NCBI GenBank assembly: GCA_024398695.1
Contig: JAKSIR010000001.1
Coordinates: 15,767 to 79,766, forward strand
Length of the DNA: 64,000 bases
DNA from: Bacteroidaceae bacterium
GTDB lineage: Bacteria; Bacteroidota; Bacteroidia; Bacteroidales; Bacteroidaceae
Direction of reading: 5' to 3'
In this document: piece after piece, positions 1-10,475 of the stretch
How positions within the stretch are numbered: position 1 is the first letter of the stretch
Layout: every line of letters begins with the position of its first letter
Made by a program: the position numbers and the translations under genes
Notes under the pieces: model-generated
Databases searched by the model: none
The model's input: only the letters and a program-made list of their open reading frames with translations
Told to the model about the DNA's origin: nothing

Positions 1-218
1 TTCTTGACGGCAGGAACATATACAAGGAAGACAGGCTTGACGGAAACGGCATTGTGATAATGGGCAACGAAGGCAATGGGATAAGCCCCGGCATTGAACG
101 GCTGGTAAGCAGGAAACTGTTCATCCCCAACTGGCCCGAAGGCGCAGAAACGTCAGAATCGCTCAATGTGGCAGTCGCCACAGCCGTCATCTGCGCTGAA
201 TTCAGAAGGCCGAAATGA
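1..218 (+). CDS. SpoU/TrmH-family RNA methyltransferase, C-terminal fragment (5' end outside window)
   Basis: Reading frame 3 runs from the window edge: ...IVIMGNEGNGISPGIERLVSRKLFIPNWPEGAETSESLNVAVATAVICAEFRRPK, with stop TGA at 216-218. The GNEGxGIS and ESLNVAVA motifs are typical of the SpoU knot fold. Confidence 0.6.
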   Translation, partial: LDGRNIYKEDRLDGNGIVIMGNEGNGISPGIERLVSRKLFIPNWPEGAETSESLNVAVATAVICAEFRRPK

Positions 219-230
219 ATCCGGCCGCGA

Positions 231-1046
231 TCAGTCTTCAGCACTGACAGTCACAGTATCGGCCCAGCTGTGATATCTCTTCATTTCAATGTCCGACAAT
301 ACCGCCATGCCACGGCTGTCGCTTTCCGACTGTTCCATGTATTGTGCCAGGAACCTGACAGACTTCATGCTTCGGGCCGTATCAAGGACCATCGTCAACG
401 AAATCGGAGCGGAAACAGGCCCATACAGCATGGTGTCCGATGTGGCAATGCTGTCATTATACGAAAGAGTCATTGCCAGGTACAGTCTTGGAGCGGCCGA
501 AGTGTCAGTGCACAAGACTGTAGCGGTTCCCTTCCAGACAATCGTGTCGCATGGCCTGAACGATTCCTCTCCGACCTGTTCCATGGTCAGTCGGGACATA
601 TATCTGCTGGAATTCAGCAATGCCACACTGTCAAGATACCATAATGACACGCTGTCGCCCTTCCCGACGCTGAACGAACGTTTTTCTATTCTGGATTTGA
701 TGTTCAGGGACTCGTTGTATTCGGCATCAATCCTACGGTTCAGCTTCTTGTATATCCTGGCAAATTCACCGGGATATCTGGTGTACCAGACAAGAGACCG
801 TTCAAGCTTGTCGCTCGAAATTCCATTCTTGGCCAAAGCCCAGTCATTCAGAGCCTGATATTTGTATTTCTGGTCCAGCGGAAGAGTCGAAATGATACCC
901 TGAGCCAAATGAAAATCATAAAGGTAGCTCTCCATTTCCTTTGGAGACATCACATCCGAAGGTCTGTTGATTCTGCAACCGGACAACAGCACCAGCGCAA
1001 GCAACGGCAATATGACTGACTTATTTTTCAGCATCGGCTGTTTCAT
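231..1046 (-). CDS. DUF4296-like lipoprotein
   Basis: The ORF spans 231-1064, but 1064 is a TTG. The first ATG is at 1046 and gives MKQPMLKNKSVILPLLALVLLSGC, a signal peptide with a lipobox Cys. The SPKEMESYLYDFHLAQG region resembles DUF4296, which usually follows lspA in Bacteroidota (recalled, not searched). Confidence 0.55.
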   Translation of the reverse strand: MKQPMLKNKSVILPLLALVLLSGCRINRPSDVMSPKEMESYLYDFHLAQGIISTLPLDQKYKYQALNDWALAKNGISSDKLERSLVWYTRYPGEFARIYKKLNRRIDAEYNESLNIKSRIEKRSFSVGKGDSVSLWYLDSVALLNSSRYMSRLTMEQVGEESFRPCDTIVWKGTATVLCTDTSAAPRLYLAMTLSYNDSIATSDTMLYGPVSAPISLTMVLDTARSMKSVRFLAQYMEQSESDSRGMAVLSDIEMKRYHSWADTVTVSAED

Positions 1047-1689
1047 CGGGGCTTTTATATTCAAGTCCCATGTTGATATACTTCGTGAAGAACAGAATGA
1101 GCGCTATCATACCGCAAGTGATGCAGGAATCGGCGACATTGAAAACGGGGCTGAAGAAAATACGGCCACCTGCTAACGGCATCCATTCTGGCCACTCGAA
1201 CAACGGGAAATACAGCATGTCGACCACCTTTCCATAAAGGGCAGGAGCATAGCCCTGTCCGAAACCAGTCATTGCGGCGACATGGGTGAATGTACTTTCA
1301 GAGAAAATCAGGCCATAAAAAATGCAGTCAATCAGATTGCCTACAGCTCCCGCCAGAATGAATGCCAGGGTGACAATGTATGCTGTCGGGAATCCCTTGT
1401 TCCTGATTTTGGCAATATACCAGATGAACAGGCCTATTGCTCCTATGCGGAAAACCGACAGAAACAGCTTTCCGAACAGTTCCATCCCGAAAGCCATGCC
1501 GTTGTTCTCGACAAATGTTATCTTGAACCACGATGTGATGTCAATTGTCTGTGACAGCGTCATGTTGGTCTTTATCCAGAACTTGCTTGCCTGATCGACA
1601 GCCAGAACCAGAATGACAATCAGACACACAATCAGCCCCTGGCGCTTGCAGCCGGACGGTGACTGGCTGAATTTTCCCTTTGATGCCAT
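1021..1689 (-). CDS. lspA: lipoprotein signal peptidase II
   Basis: The 222 aa product has four hydrophobic segments and the FVENNGMAFG and FNVADSCI motifs characteristic of LspA. The ATG is at 1689. Confidence 0.9.
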   Translation of the reverse strand: MASKGKFSQSPSGCKRQGLIVCLIVILVLAVDQASKFWIKTNMTLSQTIDITSWFKITFVENNGMAFGMELFGKLFLSVFRIGAIGLFIWYIAKIRNKGFPTAYIVTLAFILAGAVGNLIDCIFYGLIFSESTFTHVAAMTGFGQGYAPALYGKVVDMLYFPLFEWPEWMPLAGGRIFFSPVFNVADSCITCGMIALILFFTKYINMGLEYKSPDETADAEK

Positions 1690-1692
1690 TTA

Positions 1693-2070
1693 TCAGTGCT
1701 TGCCCTGTTTTGCTTCGATTGTCAGTGTTGCATGAGGTACGGCGCGCAGTCTCTCCTTGGGAATGAGCTTGCCTGTTTCACGGCACACGCCGTAAGTCTT
1801 GTTCTCAATACGGACCAGAGCGGCCTGCAGCGACTGTATGAATTTCATCTGACGCTGGGCGAGACGCATGGTCTCCTCCTTGGACAGTGTGTTGGCCCCC
1901 TCCTCAAGAACCTTGAATGTAGGTGCTGTATCATCAGCACTGTTATTGTCAGTATTCATCAGAGAAGCTTTCAATGCATCATAATCTCTCTGCGCAACTT
2001 CAAGTTTTTCATTGATAAGCTGACGGAACTCATCAAGTTCTTCGTCAGAGTAACGATTTTTCTCGGCCAT
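1693..2070 (-). CDS. TraR/DksA-family regulator
   Basis: The 125 aa product has a coiled-coil N-terminal part and the C-terminal sequence YGVCRETGKLIPKERLRAVPHATLTIEAK typical of Bacteroidota DksA/TraR proteins. Only one of the zinc-finger cysteines is retained. Confidence 0.8.
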   Translation of the reverse strand: MAEKNRYSDEELDEFRQLINEKLEVAQRDYDALKASLMNTDNNSADDTAPTFKVLEEGANTLSKEETMRLAQRQMKFIQSLQAALVRIENKTYGVCRETGKLIPKERLRAVPHATLTIEAKQGKH

Positions 2071-2102
2071 AAAACAATTGATTATATCAGGTTATTATTA
2101 CT

Positions 2103-5100
2103 TCATATCTTCTCGACCGACAGGCGGAAGCTGTATTCGTCAAACGAAACGTCATCACCACCCTGGAAGTCCTTTTCCAAACGGATGCTGTCAGCAAGGA
2201 CCTGTGTCTTTATCCATTCCATATATTCAATGACTGCCGCATCAGTATCCGGATTCGAGTTAAGCGTCACGTTTATGCGGTCAGTGATTTCAAGTCCGCT
2301 AGACTTACGCAGGTCCTGAATTCTCTTCTTGAGTTCGCGGGCTATTCCTTCACGCTTCAGCGCATCGGTAAGCTGTATGTCAAGGGCAACGGTAAGCGTA
2401 CCTTCGTTGGCAACTACCCAGCCCGGAATATCCTCGCTGAATATCTCCACCTCGGAAGTTTCAATCGTGGCGGGCGTACCGTCAAGGCTGAAGGTGTAGC
2501 TGCCGTTGGCTTCAAGCTCGGCAACCTGTTCCTGAGTCATTGACTGCACTGCGGCGGCAACGCTCTTCATGAGAGGCCCGAACTTCTTGCCAAGAATCTT
2601 GAAGTTGCACTTGACCTTCTTGACCAGAATTCCGGTTGCGCCTTCAACGAACTCAATCTCCTTGACGTTGACCTGGTCACGCACAAGTTCCATTACCGGC
2701 TCAATGTGAGAGCGCAGTTCAGCTGTGACCGGAATAAGTATCTTCTGCAGCGGCTTGCGTACGTTTATCTTCACATCGTCACGCTTGCGCAGGGCCAGAG
2801 TCATTGATGTAAGCTTCTGTGCCAGTTCCATCCTGGTTTCCAGTTCCTTGTCAACAAGAGCGCTGTCAACCACAGGATATTCAGCCAGATGAACCGATGC
2901 ATACTTGCTGCCACAGACAGCAGTCAGGTCACGGTACAGGCGGTCTGCGTAGAACGGGGCTATCGGTGCCATAAGCCTTGAAACGGTTTCAAGACAGGTA
3001 TACAGAGTCTGGTATGCTGCCAGTTTGTCCTGATTCATGCTGCTGCCCCAGTAACGGTCACGCGTCAGGTGAACGTACCAGTTGGACAGGAAGTCATTTA
3101 CAAAGTCCTGGATGAGACGGCCTGCGCGCGTAGGTTCGTAGTCATCAAGACTCTCCCTGACTCCGGCGGTCAGCGTGTTCAGTTCGCTCAGTATCCACTT
3201 GTCCATAACAGGACGTTCCTTTACCGGAATCTGTGGCTGCGAGCAGTCAAAGCCGTCAACGTTGGCATACTGTGCAAAGAACTTGTATGTATTGTGAAGC
3301 GTTCCGAAGAACTTGCGGGTAACATCCTTCACACCCTCCTCGTCAAACTTCAGGTTATCCCAAGGCTGCGAGTTGGTAATCATATACCAGCGCAGGGCAT
3401 CGCTGCCGAACTTTTCAATTGCCTGGAAAGGCTCCACGGCATTGCCCAGACGCTTTGACATCTTGTTGCCGTTCTTGTCAAGAACCAGTCCGTTTGAAAT
3501 GACGGTCTTGAAAGCAACGCTGCCGCGTACCATTGTCGAGATGGCATGCAGCGTATAGAACCATCCTCGTGTCTGGTCAACGCCCTCGGCAATGAAATCG
3601 GCCGGGAAGAATGTGCCGTTGTCTATCAGCTCCTTGTTCTCGAACGGATAGTGCAACTGTGCGTACGGCATGGCGCCGCTGTCAAACCACACATCGATAA
3701 GGTCAAGCTCACGCTTCATGGGACGGCCTGCCTCCGATACCAGGACAATGTCATCGACATACGGACGGTGCAGGTCAATCCTGTCATAGTTGGCTGCACT
3801 GTAGTCGCCGGGCACAAAGCCTTTCTCCTTGAACGGATTGGACTTCATGACACCTGCTCCGACTGATTTCTCTATCTCATTGTAGAGTTCCTCCACGGAG
3901 CCGATGCACAGTTCGTCGCCGTCATCGTTGCGCCAGATGGGAAGCGGAGTGCCCCAGTAGCGGCTGCGGCTAAGGTTCCAGTCATTCAGGTTCTCAAGCC
4001 ACTTGCCGAAACGGCCCGTTCCGGTCGATTCCGGTTTCCACTTTATGGTTCCGTTGAGCTCCATCATGCGCTCACGTGCGGCAGTGGCCTTGATGAACCA
4101 GCTGTCGAGCGGATAGTAAAGCACGGGCTTGTCGGTGCGCCAGCAGTGCGGATAATTGTGCACGTGCTTCTCGATCTTGAATGCCGAACCCTCCTGCTTC
4201 ATCTTGAGACAGATGTATATGTTCAGGTCTTCAGCCTTCTGTGCTGCAGCCTCGTCATACTTGCCACCCTCGTTGAACTTGGGGTCGTATGCGTTCTTGA
4301 CGTATGCGCCTTCATACTCCTTGTAGAGTTCCGTATTGACACAACGTGCCACGAAATCCGGATCCAGTTCGTCAAGCATCCAGTACTTTCCCGTGAAATC
4401 AACCATAGGACGTGTCTCCATCTTGCGGTTGACCATGAACAGTGAAGGTATGCCGGCAGCCTTTGCAACAAAGGCATCATCGGCACCGAAGGTAGGTGCA
4501 ATGTGGACAATGCCCGTACCGTCTTCGGTGGTGACGTAGTCGCCCGATATCACGCGGAAACCGGCATCGCTTGTTTTGATTGAACCGTCCTCATCCTTGA
4601 AGACAGGCTTGACCCACGGGAAGAGCTGCTGATAGTGCATGCCCACCAGGTCACTGCCCTTATACTCTCCTACAATCTGATACGGAATCACCTTGTCGCC
4701 CTGAGTGTAGCTGTCAAGAGAGAGTTCCGCGCCCTTGGGATCAAGATATGCGGACAAACGCTCCTTTGCCATGACGGCAGTCAGCGGCTTGCCGGTATAT
4801 GGGTTGTATGTGCGTACTGCAACGTAATCGATCTTGTTGCCGACGCAGAGAGCGGTATTTGAAGGCAGAGTCCACGGAGTCGTTGTCCATGCCACGAAAC
4901 ACGGCGTGCCCCAGCCTGCCATTTCCGGTTTCGGATCGGTCATCACGAACTGTGCCGTAACGGTCGTGTCCTTGACGTCACGGTAGCAGCCGGGCTGGTT
5001 AAGCTCATGGCTTGAAAGGCCGGTACCTGCAGCCGGTGAATACGGCTGGATTGTATAGCCCTTGTACAGATAGCCCTTGCCGTACAGCTGCTTGAGCAGC

Positions 5101-5585
5101 CACCACAGGGTTTCAATGTAACGGTTGTCGTATGTTATGTAGGGGTCGTCAAGGTCCACCCAGTAACCTATCTTCTGAGTAAGGTCGCTCCAGTGTTCCT
5201 TGTATTTCATGACTTCGGTACGGCAGTTCATGTTGTAGTCGTCGACCGAAATCTTCTTTCCTATGTCCTCTTTGGTAATTCCGAGCTTCTTCTCCACTCC
5301 AAGCTCCACGGGCAGTCCATGGGTGTCCCATCCGGCCTTGCGGTTGACCTTGAAGCCGCACATTGTCTTGTAGCGGCAGAACGAGTCCTTGATGGTACGT
5401 GCCATTACGTGATGGATGCCGGGCATGCCGTTGGCCGATGGAGGGCCTTCATAGAACACGAATGAAGGACATCCTTCACGCTCCTTGATACTGCGGGCAA
5501 AGAGATTCTCCTTCAGCCAGTCATTCAACACATCCTTGCCGACCTGCGACAGGTCAAGCTGTCCACGCTCTGCAAACTTTTTCAT
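2103..5585 (-). CDS. ileS: isoleucine--tRNA ligase (long form)
   Basis: The 1160 aa product has the HIGH-type motif PPSANGMPGIHH, a KMSKR motif (NKMSKRLGN), and a class Ia editing-domain layout. Confidence 0.97.
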   Translation of the reverse strand: MKKFAERGQLDLSQVGKDVLNDWLKENLFARSIKEREGCPSFVFYEGPPSANGMPGIHHVMARTIKDSFCRYKTMCGFKVNRKAGWDTHGLPVELGVEKKLGITKEDIGKKISVDDYNMNCRTEVMKYKEHWSDLTQKIGYWVDLDDPYITYDNRYIETLWWLLKQLYGKGYLYKGYTIQPYSPAAGTGLSSHELNQPGCYRDVKDTTVTAQFVMTDPKPEMAGWGTPCFVAWTTTPWTLPSNTALCVGNKIDYVAVRTYNPYTGKPLTAVMAKERLSAYLDPKGAELSLDSYTQGDKVIPYQIVGEYKGSDLVGMHYQQLFPWVKPVFKDEDGSIKTSDAGFRVISGDYVTTEDGTGIVHIAPTFGADDAFVAKAAGIPSLFMVNRKMETRPMVDFTGKYWMLDELDPDFVARCVNTELYKEYEGAYVKNAYDPKFNEGGKYDEAAAQKAEDLNIYICLKMKQEGSAFKIEKHVHNYPHCWRTDKPVLYYPLDSWFIKATAARERMMELNGTIKWKPESTGTGRFGKWLENLNDWNLSRSRYWGTPLPIWRNDDGDELCIGSVEELYNEIEKSVGAGVMKSNPFKEKGFVPGDYSAANYDRIDLHRPYVDDIVLVSEAGRPMKRELDLIDVWFDSGAMPYAQLHYPFENKELIDNGTFFPADFIAEGVDQTRGWFYTLHAISTMVRGSVAFKTVISNGLVLDKNGNKMSKRLGNAVEPFQAIEKFGSDALRWYMITNSQPWDNLKFDEEGVKDVTRKFFGTLHNTYKFFAQYANVDGFDCSQPQIPVKERPVMDKWILSELNTLTAGVRESLDDYEPTRAGRLIQDFVNDFLSNWYVHLTRDRYWGSSMNQDKLAAYQTLYTCLETVSRLMAPIAPFYADRLYRDLTAVCGSKYASVHLAEYPVVDSALVDKELETRMELAQKLTSMTLALRKRDDVKINVRKPLQKILIPVTAELRSHIEPVMELVRDQVNVKEIEFVEGATGILVKKVKCNFKILGKKFGPLMKSVAAAVQSMTQEQVAELEANGSYTFSLDGTPATIETSEVEIFSEDIPGWVVANEGTLTVALDIQLTDALKREGIARELKKRIQDLRKSSGLEITDRINVTLNSNPDTDAAVIEYMEWIKTQVLADSIRLEKDFQGGDDVSFDEYSFRLSVEKI

Positions 5586-5730
5586 TGCAAATATTTAATA
5601 ATCAGATTATTACGTACTGAATTGGGATAATTACCCAATAATTTGGCGCAAATTTACTCATTTTAAAAATAAGTCATAGGGTATTAGCCGCCATTTTTCG
5701 TAACTTCGCGGCCGAAATTCAAGCATAGCG

Positions 5731-6321
5731 ATGAAAGTTGCAATAGTCAAGTACAATGCCGGCAATATCCATTCCGTGACAAACGGTCTGAAGAGGCTGG
5801 GAATCGAAGCGGTCCTCACCGACAGCGCCGAAGAACTGGCCGGAGCCGACAAGGTGATTTTTCCGGGCGTAGGTGAAGCAAGCACCACCATGAAGTACCT
5901 CAGGGAACATAATCTGGACAACATCATAAAAGGGCTCAGACAGCCGGTACTTGGCATCTGCCTGGGACAGCAGCTCATGTGCAGCCACAGCGAGGAAGGC
6001 GGCACGGACTGTCTCGGCATCTTTGACGTTCCCGTCCTGAAGTTCAAGCCGCAGAGGCACGAGGACAAGGTTCCGCATATGGGATGGAACACCGTCAGAC
6101 CGGTTGACCGCCAGCTGTTCAAAGGTTTTGACAAGCCTGAATTCGTGTATTTCGTCCACAGTTTCTATATTCCCGAATGCCAGTGGACGGCAGCCGTGAC
6201 CGAGTACATCGTTCCATTCAGCGCCTCGCTGCACAGGGACAACTTCTACGCCACCCAGTTCCACCCCGAGAAAAGCGGTGCGGCAGGAGAAAGAATACTG
6301 CAAAATTTTCTTGACATATAA
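5731..6321 (+). CDS. hisH: imidazole glycerol phosphate synthase, glutaminase subunit
   Basis: The 196 aa product begins MKVAIVKYNAGNIHS, contains the GICLGQQ nucleophile-elbow Cys, and ends with FHPEKSG. Confidence 0.95.
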   Translation: MKVAIVKYNAGNIHSVTNGLKRLGIEAVLTDSAEELAGADKVIFPGVGEASTTMKYLREHNLDNIIKGLRQPVLGICLGQQLMCSHSEEGGTDCLGIFDVPVLKFKPQRHEDKVPHMGWNTVRPVDRQLFKGFDKPEFVYFVHSFYIPECQWTAAVTEYIVPFSASLHRDNFYATQFHPEKSGAAGERILQNFLDI

Positions 6322-6337
6322 GAACCGGCCAAAAAAA

Positions 6338-7060
6338 ATGGAGATAATTCCCGCAATAGACCTGATAGACGGCAAATGCGTCCGGCTTTCCAAAGGAGAC
6401 TACAACGCACAGAAAACGTACAGCGACAATCCGCTTGACGTTGCACTGATGTTTCAGGATGCAGGTCTGAAAAGGCTGCATCTGGTCGATCTTGACGGTG
6501 CGCGCAGCAAACACGTGGTCAATCACAGGACGCTTGAGAACATAGCGTCGCACACAGACCTTGTCATTGACTTCGGCGGAGGCGTCAAGTCCGATGAAGA
6601 CCTGAAGATTGCGTTTTCGAGCGGAGCCGCCATGGTGACCGTGGGCAGCACGGCCGTATCGCAGCCGGAACTCATGTACGAATGGATTGACCGTTTCGGT
6701 CCGGGCCGCATGATACTGGGGGCCGATGTCCGCGACGGTTACATTTCAGTAAACGGATGGAAGGAAGACAGCAAACTGACGCTCAATGACTTTCTGAACC
6801 AGTACACGGCCAAAGGCATAACCCGCGTGCTGTGCACGGACATAAACCGTGACGGCATGCTCCAGGGACCTGCCACCGGACTGTACCGCAGCATATTGAA
6901 GGACTTCCCCACCCTCGGGCTCATAGCGAGCGGAGGCGTAAGCTGCGTGGAAGACCTGACCGGCCTCATGGAGGCGGGGCTTCCGTCGGCCATTGTGGGA
7001 AAGGCATATTACGAAGGACGTATAACACTTGAACAGCTGTCACAGCTGGCAAACGGATAA
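6338..7060 (+). CDS. hisA: ProFAR isomerase
   Basis: The internal ATG at 6338 gives [17 protein letters not shown], the canonical HisA N-terminus. The upstream part of ORF 6278-7060 overlaps the hisH end and is not needed. Confidence 0.93.
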   Translation: MEIIPAIDLIDGKCVRLSKGDYNAQKTYSDNPLDVALMFQDAGLKRLHLVDLDGARSKHVVNHRTLENIASHTDLVIDFGGGVKSDEDLKIAFSSGAAMVTVGSTAVSQPELMYEWIDRFGPGRMILGADVRDGYISVNGWKEDSKLTLNDFLNQYTAKGITRVLCTDINRDGMLQGPATGLYRSILKDFPTLGLIASGGVSCVEDLTGLMEAGLPSAIVGKAYYEGRITLEQLSQLANG

Positions 7061-7064
7061 GACA

Positions 7065-7817
7065 ATGTTGGCAAAGAGAATCATACCCTGCCTTGACATC
7101 TGCAACGGACGCACCGTAAAAGGCACAAACTTCGTGAATCTGCGCGATGCAGGCGATCCTGTGGAACTTGGAAAGCTGTACAGCCAGCAAGGCGCCGACG
7201 AACTGGTGTTCCTTGATATAACAGCATCGTTTGAAGGCAGAAAAACATTTACAGAACTTGTCGAGCGCATTGCCTCGGAAATATCCATTCCGTTCACTGT
7301 AGGAGGCGGCATTCACGAGCTTTCCGACGTGGAACGTCTGCTCAAGGCCGGAGCCGACAAGGTATCGGTCAATTCGGCTGCGCTGAAGAACCCGGGGCTG
7401 ATTGATGAGATTGCGCTGAACTTCGGCAGCCAGGTTTGCGTGGTTGCCATTGACGGCAAGCAGACGCCCGAGGGCTGGCGCTGCTTCCTGAACGGCGGGC
7501 GCGTTCCCACAGACCGCATGCTGTTTGAATGGGCACACGAAGCCAATGAACGCGGTGCAGGCGAGATTCTGTTCACCAGCATGGACCACGACGGAGTAAA
7601 GCAGGGATATGCCAACGAAGCCCTGAAGAAACTGAGTGAAGAGCTGACAATTCCGGTAATAGCATCGGGCGGCGCAGGCACGAAAGAGCACTTCCGCGAC
7701 GCCTTTCTTCTGGGAAATGCCGATGCTGCCCTGGCCGCAAGCGTTTTTCACTTCGGTGAGATACCAATTCCCGAATTAAAGCAGTATCTTCGCGGCTTGA
7801 ATATATCTGTCAGATAA
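7065..7817 (+). CDS. hisF: imidazole glycerol phosphate synthase, cyclase subunit
   Basis: The ATG at 7065 gives [20 protein letters not shown], the canonical HisF N-terminus. The product also contains the DELVFLDI and [14 protein letters not shown] motifs. Confidence 0.95.
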   Translation: MLAKRIIPCLDICNGRTVKGTNFVNLRDAGDPVELGKLYSQQGADELVFLDITASFEGRKTFTELVERIASEISIPFTVGGGIHELSDVERLLKAGADKVSVNSAALKNPGLIDEIALNFGSQVCVVAIDGKQTPEGWRCFLNGGRVPTDRMLFEWAHEANERGAGEILFTSMDHDGVKQGYANEALKKLSEELTIPVIASGGAGTKEHFRDAFLLGNADAALAASVFHFGEIPIPELKQYLRGLNISVR

Positions 7818-7837
7818 ATAAGACAATTAGCATAGAG

Positions 7838-8434
7838 ATGGAAATTGATTTTGAAAAAATGGGCGGTCTGGTACCGGCAATCATTCAGGACAACATAACA
7901 CGTAAGGTCCTGATGCTTGGTTTTATGAACAAGGAAGCATATGACAAGACCGTCGAAACCGGAAAAGTGACATTCTGGAGCCGCACGCGCAAATGTCTGT
8001 GGACAAAGGGCGAGACAAGCGGCAACTTTCTGAATGTAAGGGACATCAAACTTGACTGCGACGGCGACACGCTGCTCATCAAGGTCAAGCCCGAAGGTCC
8101 CGTATGCCATACTGGCTCGGACACCTGCTGGGGCGAGGAGAACAGCGTCGACCTGAACTTCCTTTCATACCTTCAGGACTTCATTGACAAACGCCACAGG
8201 GAAATGCCGGAAGGCTCATACACCACATCATTGTTCAAGAGCGGCGTGAACCGCATGGCACAGAAAGTCGGTGAAGAGGCCGTTGAAACCGTCATTGAAG
8301 CCACCAACGGCACCGATGACCGTCTCATCTATGAGGCATCGGACCTCATCTACCACCTCATAGTGCTCCTCACGTCAAAGGGACACCGCTTTGAGGAACT
8401 GGCCTCCGAACTCGTAAAGCGCCACAAGGAATAA
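7838..8434 (+). CDS. hisIE: bifunctional phosphoribosyl-AMP cyclohydrolase / phosphoribosyl-ATP pyrophosphatase
   Basis: The 198 aa product has a HisI half (WTKGETSGNFL, CHTGSDTCW) followed by a HisE half (SYTTSLF, KVGEEAVE). Confidence 0.93.
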   Translation: MEIDFEKMGGLVPAIIQDNITRKVLMLGFMNKEAYDKTVETGKVTFWSRTRKCLWTKGETSGNFLNVRDIKLDCDGDTLLIKVKPEGPVCHTGSDTCWGEENSVDLNFLSYLQDFIDKRHREMPEGSYTTSLFKSGVNRMAQKVGEEAVETVIEATNGTDDRLIYEASDLIYHLIVLLTSKGHRFEELASELVKRHKE

Positions 8435-9118
8435 ATGGCAATAATAGATTTTCAGAACGTTGAAGTGCGCCAGCAGGACATGTTCGTGCTCGGCGACGTG
8501 ACATTCCAGGTACAGGAAGGCGACTTCGTCTACGTTGTGGGCAAAGTCGGTTCCGGCAAGAGCAGCCTGCTCAAGACAATATACGGTGAGCTTGAAGTGA
8601 TATGCAGCACGCCGGACAGTCATGCCTTCGTACTCGGGACCGACATGTGCGGAATGAAGCAGAAGAAACTTCCCAGACTGCGCAGACAGATGGGCATAAT
8701 CTTCCAGGATTTCCAGCTGCTTACTGACCGTAACGTTCTGGACAATCTGAGTTTCGTGCTCAAGGCCACAGGATGGAATGACCAGAAGCTCATAAATCAG
8801 AAGATACTGCAGGTGCTTGACCTTGTCGGCATGGAATCCAAAGGTTACAAGTTCCCGCATGAGCTTTCAGGAGGCGAGCAGCAGCGCATCTGCATTGCAC
8901 GTGCCCTTCTGAATGATCCCAAACTCATTCTGGCCGACGAACCCACAGCCAATCTGGACCCGGAGACAGGAGTCCAGATTATGGAAATTCTCAGAAAAGT
9001 CAACGACGGCGGCACAACCGTCGTCATGATTACCCACAACCCGCGCTGGCCAGGGGAATTTCCGGGCCGTGTCTTCAGATGCGAAGACAAGCAGCTGACA
9101 GACACCGGCGCGCAGTGA
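8435..9118 (+). CDS. ftsE: ABC ATP-binding protein, FtsE-like
   Basis: The product has Walker A GKVGSGKSS, the signature LSGGEQQR and Walker B LILADEPT. At 227 aa with no membrane domain it fits FtsE; the ftsE assignment is by family resemblance only. Confidence 0.7.
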   Translation: MAIIDFQNVEVRQQDMFVLGDVTFQVQEGDFVYVVGKVGSGKSSLLKTIYGELEVICSTPDSHAFVLGTDMCGMKQKKLPRLRRQMGIIFQDFQLLTDRNVLDNLSFVLKATGWNDQKLINQKILQVLDLVGMESKGYKFPHELSGGEQQRICIARALLNDPKLILADEPTANLDPETGVQIMEILRKVNDGGTTVVMITHNPRWPGEFPGRVFRCEDKQLTDTGAQ

Positions 9119-9149
9119 CATTTTCTAACAAACACAAATTGCACTTGAT

Positions 9150-10475
9150 ATGAAAGTATTGAAATTCGGCGGCACTTCAGTAGGAAGCCCCGAGCGGATG
9201 AAGGACGTATGCAGACTCATAACTGAAGACGGACAGCAGAAGCTTGTCGTACTGTCTGCCATGTCGGGCACCACCAACTCGCTTGTTGAAATAGCCCAGT
9301 ATCTTTACGGAGGCAACAGGAACGGAGCCGATGACGTCATCAACCGTCTGCGCGCCAAGTACTATGCCCATGTTCCGGAACTTCTTGCCAAAAAGGCCAA
9401 TCAGGACAAGGTTCAGAAGTTCCTTGAAGAGAAGTTCGCATATCTGCAGTCATTCAAGGCCGCCGGTTTCTCGGAAACCGACGAAAAGGCCATTCTGGCT
9501 CAGGGAGAACTCATCTCCACGTTCATGGTCACCACCTACCTTCAGGAACAGGGAATCAAGGCAGCCCTGCTTCCCGCACTGGATTTCATGAAGACCGATG
9601 CCGATGCCGAACCTGACATGAGTTTCATTTCGAAACATGCCGAAAAGGCTCTGGCCGATGTACCCGGAATGCAGATATACATTACCCAGGGCTTCATCTG
9701 CCGCAATGCCGAAGGCTACATCGACAATCTTCAGCGCGGCGGAAGCGACTACACCGCATCAATCCTGGGTGCAGCCATCCGTGCCGAAGAAATCCAGATA
9801 TGGACCGACATCGACGGCATGCACAACAACGACCCGCGTGTCGTGGAAGGCACAAAGCCGGTACGTCACCTGCACTTTGAAGAGGCAGCCGAGCTTGCAT
9901 ACTTCGGTGCCAAGATTCTGCATCCCACCTGCATACAGCCGGCCAAGGCAGCCTGCATACCCGTCCGTCTGCTCAACACCATGGAGCCGTCGGCCCCCGG
10001 TACGCTGATAGACAGCAACGCCGAACCGGGACGCATTGCAGCGGTTGCAGCAAAAGAGAACATCACAGCCATCAAGATAAAGTCCAGCCGTATGCTGCTG
10101 GCACACGGTTTCCTGAGAAAGGTGTTTGAAATATTCGAGACCTACAGGACATCGATAGACATGATATGCACATCGGAAGTCGGTGTCTCCATGTCCATTG
10201 ACAACACCCGCAACCTCAACGAGATTGTTGCAGAACTCAAGAAGTACGGCACGGTCACCGTCGATGAAGGCATGTGCATAATATGCGTTGTGGGTGACAT
10301 GGAATGGGAGAACCTGGGCTTCGAGTCACGCGCCCTTGACGCTCTGTCAGACATTCCGGTACGTATGATTTCATACGGCGGCAGCAACTACAACATATCG
10401 TTCCTTATCAGGGAAAGCGACAAGAAGGCAGCTCTGCAGCGCCTCAGCGACGTTCTCTTCAACGGAAAGGAATGA
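9150..10475 (+). CDS. lysC: aspartate kinase
   Basis: The 441 aa product begins MKVLKFGGTSVGS, has an amino-acid kinase fold, and carries C-terminal ACT-like repeats. Confidence 0.9.
   Translation: MKVLKFGGTSVGSPERMKDVCRLITEDGQQKLVVLSAMSGTTNSLVEIAQYLYGGNRNGADDVINRLRAKYYAHVPELLAKKANQDKVQKFLEEKFAYLQSFKAAGFSETDEKAILAQGELISTFMVTTYLQEQGIKAALLPALDFMKTDADAEPDMSFISKHAEKALADVPGMQIYITQGFICRNAEGYIDNLQRGGSDYTASILGAAIRAEEIQIWTDIDGMHNNDPRVVEGTKPVRHLHFEEAAELAYFGAKILHPTCIQPAKAACIPVRLLNTMEPSAPGTLIDSNAEPGRIAAVAAKENITAIKIKSSRMLLAHGFLRKVFEIFETYRTSIDMICTSEVGVSMSIDNTRNLNEIVAELKKYGTVTVDEGMCIICVVGDMEWENLGFESRALDALSDIPVRMISYGGSNYNISFLIRESDKKAALQRLSDVLFNGKE

Noticed and set aside
6966-7751. Long antisense ORFs inside well-supported genes. 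Examples are 6966-7751 (opposite hisF), 5719-6393 (hisH), 20856-21755 (yebC/pheT), 22701-23411 (pheT), 27527-28237 (flavoprotein) and 31370-32574 (rnfC/D). Others are 37503-38300 (ettA), 38872-39462 (EIIC), 40226-40822 (ABC-F), and 58391-59059 and 59964-60560 (TonB receptor/pnuT).
   Set aside because: All lie opposite genes with strong family motifs. Their products are Arg/Ala/Cys/His-rich without motifs. Such shadow ORFs are expected in GC-rich coding DNA.
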